Shown: piece after piece, positions 52,770-64,000 of the stretch
Layout: the number at the start of each line of letters is the position of its first letter
Numbering within the stretch: the first letter of the stretch is position 1
Assembly: GCF_009834535.1 (NCBI RefSeq)
Contig: NC_045697.1
Location: 61,382,001 to 61,446,000 of the forward strand
DNA: 64,000 bases
Direction of reading: 5' to 3'
Source: Camelus ferus
Lineage: Eukaryota
The notes under the pieces: generated by a model
Databases searched by the model: none
What the model was told of the DNA's origin: nothing
What the model saw: only the letters and a program-made list of their open reading frames with translations
Program-made: the position numbers and the translations under genes

Positions 52770-54060
52770 GTGACTTCTAGAATGGCAGTGTGGGAAGTTT
52801 GAGGAAACTTCTCTCCCTAAGAGACGTCTATTAAACTGATCTAAAGTAGCAGAGCCAATCATTCAACTTCTCTAGAGATTGATCAAAGGGCTTAGAATAA
52901 TTCAAGAAACATTTCTTCAACATAATCTCTGAAGCCAAGGGAAAAGAGTGGGAGGTCATGACATTAGAGCTAAAGGCTACATCCATACCCTGCAGCTTTG
53001 TGCTGCTGAAGACTGTCCCAGCAGTTCCCATCTCCTTCAGGTCCCTGAGGTGGAAGAGCTATTCTGGGTGGATTCAATGGCCAGTGAACATCAGCTGACC
53101 CTATTCCCAGAGCTCCATGCTGTAGAAGGCCTATACCAACCAGGTGGTGGCCCAAGGCAGCATGACCATTCCTCCAGTCCCAACTCCCACTACACAGAGA
53201 GAGTAGGGGTGCAGCAACAGATGAAGAGAACGTATAGTCTCCTACTTCCTCAAAACCCTGTGTAAGGGAGAACTCCTGCAGTGGACTCAGGAGCCAAAAT
53301 GTAAATTCCATTTCCTCAGCTTCCTGGGGTAGAAAAGCTATTCTGGGTAGATGTGACAGCCAGTGAATACTGGCAGATGCCAAGATTGCCAGCTCCCCAA
53401 CTCTGGGTTGCAGAAGATCTACAGTATGTGGTAGCAGCAGCCAGCCTGCCACACCCATTTCTGTTGCCATCCTGCCCCCACCACAAACACACACCAGCAC
53501 ACATATAGGGAAGGCGCAGGTGGGGAAACTGGTGAAGGCTGAGTTCCAGTCTCCCCAGTTCTTGCTCTATAATGCAGTACAGTGGTCCTGTACCACGCTG
53601 TATCCATCTCCCACGTCCACATCCAACCAGTGAAGGGTGGGGCAGACCTGAGTAACTGGCAACACCTTGCTCCTGCCAAAGGGCATAATTTTATTTGGTT
53701 CAGACTTTTACAAAATATAATGTAGGGCATTGTTGAAAACAATAGATCAATCAACTAGAAATTAACTGAATCTAGTGGCTGGATGTGATACCCATTAAGA
53801 CAGATCAACCAGAAGCTAAATGGGAAGACCAGGGAAAGAACCTGTCAAAGAGGGCCTGGCTAAAACCAAAGTAATCCTGGGGGTCAAATACTGTGTGCAT
53901 GCCCTCTGAGGAGCAACCAGAGAGGGAAATCCTAAGTTTAAAGGCCCTGAACAAACACAGGGTGGCCTTGTAACGTCTCCGAACAGTGAAAGCAGTCTCT
54001 AAGCCAACTACCATGATGTTGAGAAAACAACACATGGGAATTAAAAAACAAACAAACAAG
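52770..54060 (+). mobile_element. Old L1 (L1M-type) 5' UTR without downstream ORFs
   Basis: Starts 'gacttctagaatggcagtgtgg'; 'aatcattcaacttctctagagattgatcaaaggg' and 'aaagcagtctctaagcca' resemble old L1 5' ends; GC-richer than the flanks. Confidence 0.6.
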
Positions 54061-54759
54061 GAAGATTTGGCAATTATATGTGGAATAAACATCAGTGTGG
54101 AGCTGTGATTACTGGGCTAAGGTATGCCAGGGCTATGTGCTGTAACAGCTAGTGCTGTTTATCATCGCTTTCTTTGAGATTATAGGAAAGGGAGTGCGGA
54201 AACATTCTGATATCAGGGAGTTTAGGGCAGGAGAATGAAATAACTGGCATTTAATTGTTTTGTTTTCAAGTAGGAAGTAGAAAGTAAAGTCATCTGCTGA
54301 AAGGCAGTAGGCAAGTGAAGGGTTAGTGCAATTCTTATGGAAAACAGAAACAATTAACCAAGAACAAGTAAAATAATTGTGCAAGGTTGAGGTTTCATCT
54401 GAGGTTGGAGAAATATGATTTTTGTGGCTGCATTAATCTTGAGTGTGGACTTTTTTATTGAAACTTCCTTAGCCCCAAGAAGTCAGTGGCATGGACTCAG
54501 GGTTGGAATTTTGATAGGAGGATGGAACAGAGGCAGTAATGCAGCATACTTGATGGTATTGATCAAAGATCATAAAATACAACCTTAGAGCAACAAAAGC
54601 AGCCAAAAGAACGGTGAACTACTGACAGAAAACTGTGACATCAAGGAAATAGAATTGGCTATGTGATTTTAAAAAACAGTTGAAATTGAGGCTATCAAAG
54701 CACTGAAAACATTAAGGCTATAAACAGAAATTAAAATACTGAGGTTTGGTGTTTCTGAT

Positions 54760-55409
54760 TGTTAGAGCAGGCAGATAGCTAGGTATGAGCAGAGAAAGGG
54801 AGACACGGACCAAATGGCAGGAATTCAGCAGAAAGGAGGCACACAAGTCAAATGCAGGAAACCACACATCATGTAAGCAGCAGGGGTCCTTGGGCGGAGA
54901 AAGAAAAGCAGGAACCTTTGGGCTGATAAGGGATCACACCTTTTTGGGTGGCCTGGAGACAACAAAGAAAGGTGAGAAAAGGCAGGAATTTCCAGTGTGC
55001 AAATGTAACATTTTGCTCATTATGCCCTTATTTTAATAAAATTAGCCTTGCAGATCAGAAGTACCCATCATGCACCAACGCCATGACACTTCTGATCCAG
55101 ACTAAAATAAGGACAAAAATCCCTCCTCCCTTTGGGAAGGAGCAGTTGGGATGATAATCAGGAAATACGACCCTAAACCTTTCCCTCCCCAATGAATATT
55201 CCACCCATTCATTTTTACACCCTATGTAACTAACTTGCCAAAGAAACACAGGGCAGCCGCTCACCTGAGCCTGCCCGCTCTTCCCTTGACAGTGTATTAT
55301 TCATCCTTTAATAAATCCTCACTTTACTTTTTTAACGACTATGTCTCGTCTCTGAATTCTTTCGGGACAGGACAAGAACCTGGAACACCGGTTGCATCTA
55401 CCAGCAATA
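54760..55409 (+). mobile_element. ERV1-type solo LTR, copy B
   Basis: TGTTAG...GCAATA termini, 650 bp; perfect 4-bp TSD TGAT (54756-54759 / 55410-55413); AATAAA near 55310; colinear with 13895-14507. Confidence 0.92.
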
Positions 55410-55826
55410 TGATGATCATAATAACCAGAGTCACAAAGTGACTAAATGTGTTGGGATTAAAGTAGAACAGAAATGAAATTTCATTTGAATCCAAGATATC
55501 ATTGAACAGAAAGAACTAAGGTATTGGATTCATTATCAACATGGATACTGAAATCACCCTGGCTGATGCTCAGACTTATACAGTAGAAAGAAAACAGTGA
55601 AGACTTCATCAGCTAGAAAGAACTGACTAAGATATTGGCTAGTGTTTGCAATAAGAAAAGATGAGGTGGCACAGACACACAGTATTCATCTCAGAGGCAG
55701 GACTTTTTCCCTCAGAGGTAGAGAGTACTGCTTTGGAAATGGCAATGAAGAGGCAGAAGAATGCTGACCTTACTTTCAGGCTTTCGAACATGTTGTTGGG
55801 TGTCACATAAAAGTATACTTGTATGC

Positions 55827-55898
<72 letters not shown>
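55827..55898. repeat. Perfect (ATA)24 trinucleotide microsatellite
   Basis: 72 bp uninterrupted; it produces the poly-Ile run in ORF 55712-55948. Confidence 0.98.
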
Positions 55899-58064
55899 TC
55901 AGTGTAGCAACAAGTCTTTATTAAGGCAGAAGTAGCTAGATGGTTCAATGAAGAGGCTGAAGATTTAGTAAGGCTGGCTGTTTATCATGGAAGTAGGTGC
56001 TGGGATCATAAATAAATGGATTCAGAACTTACAGGACTGAATAGTATGGAGATGTGCACAAAGAAAATGCAGGATGACTGAAGGGCATTATGTTTCAGGT
56101 GGATGCTAAGGGGACAGAACATGGAGGGTTTGGGTGGCAAGAGTCATCTAGATGTAACTTTGGTGCCCAAATGTGGTACCACAGCAAGGAAGGTGGGGGT
56201 GGAAGGTGACCTCAGGATGAGTTAGAGCTGTCATGTCTGCAGAGATATGGCCAGGACATCTGCACTGGTGCATTGCAGGCTCAGATTTGCAATAGTTTAT
56301 GTAATTAATATTCTATTGTTACATTCACTAAGTGCATAATTTATAAAAGTTCTCCCTGACTGCAAATGTTAGGGGAAATTTTCTATTGAAAGAATTATTT
56401 CAAAAAGAGAAGCAGGGTTGCAGTGGGGGATGGAGACAGAGGGAGAGAAGAAAAAACTTAAAGTCAAGGAGGAAAAAAAAGAGAAAGAGAATCAATGCAT
56501 TTTATTAGTAGTTGCATGTGATCAGTCAGGGGACCAGAACCAATTTGCAGAAGGCATTCTTCTTTGTTTTTCTACGAATAGTGACAGTCTCTGAAAATAA
56601 AAGTTAAAAATGCAGGTGCCCTGGTCAAATATTTGCTTGGTGGCTATGGGAGAAAAACTTAGATTAAGGAGTCCCCAAGAATTTATGTTGCTAACATTAA
56701 GTGAATCAATATAGTATAAATTAGGATGCTTATGACTTTGTTAGAATATAAACTCCTCATGGGTAGGATCCATCTCTTTTCCTATTTAGGAAAGTATTTT
56801 GTATAAAAACACACATAAAAACACCTTCAATAAATGTATTTGATAGCTTGATGACAGTACTTACATTTTAATATCTTTTCATTCTCTAATTCACTACCTT
56901 CTAGGGAAATCAATATTTAATCCTAGACTGGGATATGTGAAATCTTCCTTCTGCTGCCCTCATATAGTTATTCATTGTTCAACAGCACACACACATACAC
57001 AACTACATGCATGTTTGCACCACCACACACAAAACTATGCCCAGGTAGCATATATGTAAATGTGTGTACACATAAAAGCCATACTTCTGCAAATAACTAG
57101 AAATTTCCATGTGTTTCATCACAGCTATTACATTTTATACTCAGTGAAATGTAATGTCACTATATTAGAGCCTGATTTCTTTGCTCTCTATAAAGCATTC
57201 TTTTTTTAAATGCCAAATAAAGCAACAGTTTCATTTTAAGATAATTAACAAGGGTGATAGATTTTTCCCCAGAAGTTTACAAAGCAACATTAAAAAGTTA
57301 TGTATATTTTAATATGGAGAAAAAATGGTTATTAATATTAAACTAGGTTCTATGAGATTAAAGATTCATTTTAGTGATAGTTTTGGAACTTTGGAAGGTG
57401 CATTAATTCCTTAAAACAATGTTCTGTATTCTTTAGCTGTTTCAGATTGAAGCATATTTATATAGCTATTATTACTTATGTCCAACAAAAGAATTTTTTC
57501 TCTTCTGAAAAGCTGCTGATTTATTTTTTTTCACTCTTGTGGCAAACATGTAGTAATTATTGATAAGACATTCAACTAAAGAAAAACATAAGCTAGAAAT
57601 ACTATTATCACAATTCATAATTGATCATCTCTTTCTGGGTATCTTAGTCAATAATTCAAATTCCCCGCAGCATTTGTCTTGCCATTGCTATTTTTAAGCC
57701 TCACAGAAGCCTGTTGATCAAGATGTATATTTATGTATTTTGTTTTTAATATATCATTGCTTCATTTCTCTCAAATTCTCTACATTTGTGTACAACCATC
57801 CATTGTTGAGAAAAATCTCCCTATGCAGTGAGGAAGTTGGAAACAATTTTTTAAGCTCTCTTTTGTGCTGAATATTTGTAGCTGAATATTATTTTATGTG
57901 AATATCTATAGCTCACTTGCATCAGGCTAGAAACTCTTCAATTAAGTGACTCTCCAGAGAATATACACTAACTTGTATTATGAATATGACATGACAAGAA
58001 AAGAAAGAGAGAGAATAGAGTTGTCCACATGTCTACAAGTGAGATGAATGAATTCTCACAGGTA

Positions 58065-58450
58065 GTGGCTTATTCAGGTTCCCTGAAGCCAACTCCATGA
58101 TACAGATTTGAGTGCGGGAGATTTACTGGAGAACAATGCCTGAAAAGAGAAGGAAGCAAGACTGAGAGAAGGGTGAAGTTGAACTGGGATGCAATTTCAA
58201 GAGGCCCCAGTGGGTCTCACAGGGAGCTCTGGCTCTTTAGAGTCATCTCAAATCCAAGTCAAGAGACCAGGCACTTGTAACCCATATAAACCAGTCACTG
58301 GGTGCAGGACCCTCTTCCTCTGGAAAGAGGGAGAGAGAACGTTTGGTGAGGCAGCAGTTTCCACAGAGAGCGCTCCCGAAAAGGGTCGCATGCATGAACC
58401 TTCAGCCAATAGAAGGAGGATCCAATTAATGCTCTGGTATCCACACCCAC
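58065..58450 (-). mobile_element. ERVL LTR (LTR16 family)
   Basis: 'tcaggttccctgaagccaactccatgatacagatttgagtgcgggagatttactggagaa...gaagttgaactgggatgca...cacagggagctctgg'. Confidence 0.7.
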
Positions 58451-59883
58451 GGCAACAAAAGCATAATTGTTGTTTTTCACCCAACACTCTTCTCTGATTT
58501 TAAAACCTAAACATTGATGCATCCTCAGAATTCAATTGATGGGTGCCAGTATCATTTTTATCTCTGTCAGCTCCTTGAGGTATCAGTGTATTTCTATACA
58601 TTGATTGGATTGATTGATATGTTTTCTCTCAAAATCCAATTCCGAGAATATTTAAGACACAGCAATTCAAATGGTGCTATTATTTCTTACACTTGAAAAA
58701 GAAAGGAAAACAAGAAAAACGTAAGAAAACTTTTCTTAGACAAAAATCAATGTAAGGATTCTACTACTTGACATCTTATTAACACTGAAATAATTTTCTA
58801 AAAGGAGCATATTATACATAGACTTTCTGAGGAAAGAAATTGAAAAAATCATTTAAAAATCTCCAATAAATAACTATATTCTCATGTACAAACTACAAGC
58901 ACAACATGTGAAATTTAATATAATTTGCAGATGCCACCAAGACTTGTTTGAGAAACATAAAGACAATATGACAATGTTAGGAAGATTCTAAGTCATTGTA
59001 AGTTTTACATGCAAAATACACCTGCATGTCTCTGTATCTAAGAATCTCAGAAAGCAAAATATCTATCCAATTAGCCAAAGATTCACTCATCCATTCATTT
59101 AACAGAAATTTAATGAATACCCACTATGTGTCAGGCACTGTTCTAGGACTATGGGATAGAAAAGTGAATAAAAAATATTGATGATAATTATGTTTCTAGT
59201 CTTAACTTTCTCCTCTCTCTGTTACCATATTTTAAAAAAAATTTTTTTTAATGCTCTTATTCTGTGGATGGAGAATATTTTCTTGGCTCTTGATTTTGGA
59301 AATGGCCATGTGCTTTGATTTCACCAATGTAAGGACAGGCAGGGTTGACAGTGTGTTAGTTTCAAACTAGGACTCAAGGGGCCTTTCCTGTTTCCATTTG
59401 CTCTCTTCACCTCTGGTCAACAGTGAGAAAACATAATAGAAATAGAAACCAAATCCTGAGATAAATAAGACCCCCCCCCCCAAAAAAACTGCCTGAAATG
59501 ATTAAGTACATGAGTATAAAATTATAATATTGTGAGAATAGGCAGTAAATTACTTAACACTATAGAGAATGTAGACCCACAGACTGTTTTTAATATAAAA
59601 ATCACAAAATTGGCACTAATTCAGGATATATAAAAGGATAGGCAACTACTCAGACATCTAATTCTAATGCTACTACAATAGATTATCCAATAAACAAAAG
59701 AAAAAAACAGCATTACTTATCTTTTAGCCAAGTTCATTTCTCAATAGACTGAGAAGGGCAATGAGAAAAACTACTTATCTGCATTTAATTTTTAACTAGC
59801 AAATAACAGGTTGTTAGTGAACTCAATAATATAGATATAGAAAATAATATCCATATTATCTTGGAATCTACCACATTAGATAC

Positions 59884-62800
59884 TTTTAAAAATAAGTGTT
59901 TTATTTAGAATAGCTTTAGATTTATGGAAAAGCTGCAAAGATAGTACAGAAAGCTCACAAATACCTCATATCCAGTTTCCTTTATTTTTAACATCTTACA
60001 TTTGCATGATATATTTATAGCAATTAATGAACAAATATTTATATAATTTTAAACTCCATATTTTATTCAGATTTCCTTAGCTTTACCAATATCCTTTTTC
60101 TGTTCCAGATTTTCATCCAGCAAGTTATATTGGACTTATTTGTCAAATCTCCTTTGGTTCCTTTTGGCTGTGACAGTTTCTCAGATATTCTTTGTTTTTG
60201 AGACTCTCACTATTTTGAGGAGGACTGGTCAGGCATTTTGTTGAAAGCTTCTCATTGGGATTAATATGATGTTTTCCTCATGATAAGACCAGGGTTTTGA
60301 GTTTGGGGAGGAAGACCAAAGAGGTAAAGGACCATTCTCATCACATCATATCAAGGGTATATACTATCAATATGACTTAATCAGTGTTGGCATTAACTTT
60401 GATCACTGACTTCTAGCTGAGATAGGGTTTGTCAGGTTTCTCCATTGCAAAGTTACTTTTCCTTCTCTTTCCATACTGTATGTCTTGGAAGGAAGTAACT
60501 GTGTGTAGCCCATACTTAAAGAGTGGAGAGTTATGCTCCACCCCCTCGAGGTAAGAGTATATACATAAAACTGTTTGGAAATCTTATGCATGGGAGATTT
60601 GTCTATTCTCTAATATTTATTTATTTATTTATTTAGTCATTTATATCCATGTGGACTTACGGATATTTATTTTATAGTTTGGGTTATAATCCAATATTTA
60701 TCTATTTTGCTGATCAAATTGTTTCAACTTTGCCAACTAGGAGCTCTCTCAGTCGGCACCTATATCCTTTTGACATGCCACATTGAGGAAGGTGTATGTG
60801 TGCATTTTCTTACCTTTTGGCACTACGTCGAAGAATGACATAAGAAACTAAGTTCTAGGTACTATGAACAGTCACTGGTACCATTGTTTTTATTGTTTTT
60901 AGTGCCTCTCAGATAAAGAGCAAAGAAGTATATATGGTATACCAACTCATGTATAAACACATATCTATCTAAACTAAGCCCAAACTTCAGGTCATACTGA
61001 AGTCTCAAACTAATCCACTCCTACATAGATCATTCTAGACTCCTCTATTTGTTATTTGTAAACTCCCAGTCCAACAGTGGAAACATGACTCCCACCATCC
61101 ACCGTCCACTTATAAGTTGTTAACCTATATACCCATGGAAAATAATTTTATCAGCTAGAGGACATGACCTTTAGTTTTACAAAATCCACTGATTTCCAAA
61201 GTTGCATAGGTCAGCAACCTTTCCTCCCACTCCCTTCAGTGAGTCCTTTCCTATATTTGTACAGGTAAATTCATTTGTCATGCTATGTGGAGATTCCTTG
61301 CCCTCCTAAATGTTTTTTTTTAATTTTTTTACATTAATTTTCATTCTTTGAGCTGTAAAACTATATGAGTTTTGACAAATTCACAATGCCATGTTTCTAT
61401 CATCACAGTATCACGCAGAATAGTTTCAACATCTTAAAAATTCCCTTGCTTCTCCTATTCAACCTCTCCCCAAAGAACTGTCAGACATAGATCTGTTTAC
61501 CATCTCAATAGTTTCTCCAGTCACAGAGTGTTATGTAAATTGAATCATACAGTATGTAGCCTTTTCCGATTGGATTCTTTCACTAAGCAATATGAATTAA
61601 GGTTTTGTCTATGTCTTTGGGGTGGTTTGATAGCTCATTCCTTTTTATTATTAAGTAGTATTCTATTATATAGATGTACCACAGTGTATTCATCCATTTA
61701 CTTAGTGAAGACAATCTTGGCTGCTTTGCATTTTGATGCTATTAACATTTGCATACAGGTTTTTGGGCAGACATAAGTTTTCAAATTACTTGGGTAAAGA
61801 GCTAGGAATGTGTTGCTGGGTCATATGGCAAGACTGTTTAGATTTTTAAGAAACTGCCATGCTGTCTTCCAAAGCAGCAGTACCAACTTTCATTCCCACC
61901 AGAAAATAAATGAGAGTTCCTGTTGCTCCACATCTTCACAAGCAATTAATACTGCCAGATTTTTAAATTTTTACCCATTCTTGTAGGTTTGTAGTGCTAT
62001 CTCATTAATAATTTGCATTTCTCTAATAACAAATTATATTGGGCACATTTTCATATACTTGTTGGCATCTGTCCACTTTTTTGGTGAGTTATCTGTTCAG
62101 ATATTTTGCCCATTTTTATACTGAGTTATTTTCTTATTGTTGAATTGTAAGAGTTCTGTCTATATTTTGGATACAAGTTTTTTACCAAATACGTGCTTTA
62201 CAAATATCTTATCCTATCTGTGGTGCATCTTTTCATTTTCTTAACACTCCCTTTTGCACAGCAGAAGTTTTTGATTTTAGTAAAATTCAACTTATCAATT
62301 TTTCTCTTTCACGGATTATTCTTTTGAGCTGTATCTAAAAATTCAGTGCCAAACCTAAGTTCTTATCAACTTCCGCCTGTTTACTTCTACACATTCTATA
62401 TGAAGTCCATGATCTATCTGCACTTGACTTTTGTGGAATGTGTAAAGTCTGTGTCAAAGTTTTCTTTTTTATCATAAAGACATCCAATTGTTCAACACAA
62501 TTTTTTGGTAAGGCAATCAGTTCTACATTGTATTGCCTTTGTGCCTTTGTCAAAATTCAGTTGGCTATATTTGTGTGGGTCTAGTTCTCTGCTCCCTATT
62601 CTATTCCATTGATCATCCATGTATCTATTCCTTAACTCGTATCATGATATATTTATTAACATAGCAGTACAGTAAGTCTTTGTGATGGTTAATATTACTA
62701 TCAACTTGGTTAGGCTATAGTACCGAGATATTCAGTTAAATATTAATATACCCTGCACTCAATTTCCTTTATTTTTAATACATGAATTTTGAGCATGGAA

Positions 62801-64000
62801 TCAGCCTTGCATACCTGGAATAAATCCCACTTGGACGTGATGTGTAATTTTCTTATGTATTATTGTATTTGATTCATTAATATTTTGTGAAGTTGTTTAT
62901 GTCAATATTTATGAAATATATTGGTCTGTCGTTTTCTTTTCTTGTAACGTCTTTATCTAGTTTTAGTAATGTATACTGCTGGCCTCATGAAATAAATTAG
63001 GAAGTGTTTTCTCTGCTTCCATCTTCTGGAAGAAATTGTGAAGAATTCATATTATTTCTTCCTTAACCTTTTGGTAGAATTCACCAGTAAACCCAAAAGG
63101 GCCTGTTTTTTTTTTTTTTAATGTATATTTACTAATTATTGATCCAATTTCTTTAATAGTTATGTAACTATTCAGATTATCTATTTCTCTTATATGAGTT
63201 TTAGTAGTTTGTGTTTTTCAGCAATTTGTCCAGTTTATCTAAGTTATCAAATTTGTAGGCACAGTGTCATTTGAAGTATTTCTTTCCTCTCTTTTACTGT
63301 CCATGTGATCAGTAATGATGACTCCTCATTCTTTTCTGATATTGGCAATTTATGCCTTCTCTCTTTCTCTCTCTCATTCTTTTTGGCCTAGCCACAAGTT
63401 TGTCAATTTTGTTGGTCTTGAAGAACTCAAAATATTTTTAAATTTCTCTTGAGACTTCTCCTTTGATCCATGCGTTATTTGGCATGCATTTGTTGATTTC
63501 CAAATATTGGAAGTTGTCAAGCTATTTTTATTTTATTGACTTCTAGTCTATAATTCCATTGTGATCTGGGAACATATTTGAAATATTTCTATACATTTAA
63601 ATTTGTTAAGATGTGTTTTGTGGTCTGGGATGTAGTTTGTCCTGGTAAGTGTTCCATGCAAACTTGAGAAAAATGTGTTATGCTGTTGTGGATGGAGAAT
63701 TCTCTAAATGTCTATTAGATCAACATATTTTATAGATGTCATTTGAGTTTATATATATCCTTACTGATTTTCTTGATTTATCTATCAATTGCTGACAGAG
63801 GGGTATTGATATTTTCAACTTTAATAGTGGAGTTGCCTCATGTATTTTTATGCTTTGTTTTTAGGATTGTGATGACTTTTTGGAGAACTGATCCCTTTAT
63901 AATTATATACTGTCCCTCTTTATCCCTGAAATCTTTCCTTGTTCTGTAGTCTGCTTTGTTTAAAATATAGCTACACTAGCTTTTTTTTTTTTTTTATTAG
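59884..64000 (-). mobile_element. Old L1 (L1MC/L1MD-like): long 3' UTR + ORF2, running off the window end
   Basis: Antisense 3' end 'tttagatttatggaaaagctgcaaagatagtacagaaag'; 'gctgtgacagtttctcaga'; ORF2 antisense 'ttcattcccaccag' and 'ccttgcatacctggaataaatcccacttgg'. Confidence 0.9.
62681..62750 (+). mobile_element. MLT2 (C/D-like) LTR 5' stub inside L1
   Basis: 'tgtgatggttaatattactatcaacttggttaggctatagtacc' matches an MLT2 start. Confidence 0.7.

Larger units (their letters stand above)
54100..56120 (-). mobile_element. Degenerate L2 body (host of LTR copy B and the AAT repeat)
   Basis: Purine-rich antisense L2 texture, e.g. 'gtaaagtcatctgctgaaagg' and 'ggatactgaaatcaccc'. Confidence 0.5.

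Noticed and set aside
52948..54092. ORF cluster, including a 176-aa minus-strand ORF
   Set aside because: Lies in GC-richer L1 5' UTR-like sequence, with overlapping frames and no recognisable domain.
13895..55409. A single 41-kb provirus bounded by two LTRs
   Set aside because: Each LTR has its own flanking TSD, no primer binding site follows copy A, and the interior is ancient host DNA.
55712..55948. Poly-isoleucine protein
   Set aside because: Artefact of the (AAT)24 microsatellite.
1..64000. CRISPR arrays, operons, tRNA/rRNA genes, CpG-island promoter, non-retroviral endogenous viral elements
   Set aside because: No spaced direct-repeat array, long ORF, RNA-gene signature or CpG island seen. 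Degraded viral fragments cannot be excluded without a translated search of the repeat-masked sequence.

Overview
AT-rich, CpG-poor placental-mammal genomic DNA, probably intergenic or deep-intronic. I cannot support any host protein-coding gene, RNA gene, CRISPR array or prokaryotic system. The only ORFs with recognisable homology are broken retroelement frames: L1 ORF2 at 18.5-20.0, 44.8-47.1 and 61.9-64.0 kb, and ERVL pol at 5.6-7.3 kb. Much of the window is layered transposon debris: old L2, MIR and L1M, MaLR/ERVL LTRs, hAT MER5/MER58, younger artiodactyl-type L1s and ERV1-type solo LTRs. The L1 3' UTRs plus the absence of young SINEs suggest a camelid (inference). The best leads are: two same-family solo LTRs 41 kb apart, one with a target-site duplication (TSD) apparently erased by reciprocal CpG decay; PBX-HOX/TCF/MEIS motif clusters at 32.6 and 42.5 kb; a CpG-retaining unique block with a hairpin at 20.7-21.0 kb; an anomalously CpG-rich L2 patch at 23.6-24.2 kb; and several well-formed orphan exon candidates. 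I did not find a convincing new biological system. Repeat family names come from recognising consensus sequences by eye and need RepeatMasker/Dfam confirmation. Boundaries of old repeats are approximate.
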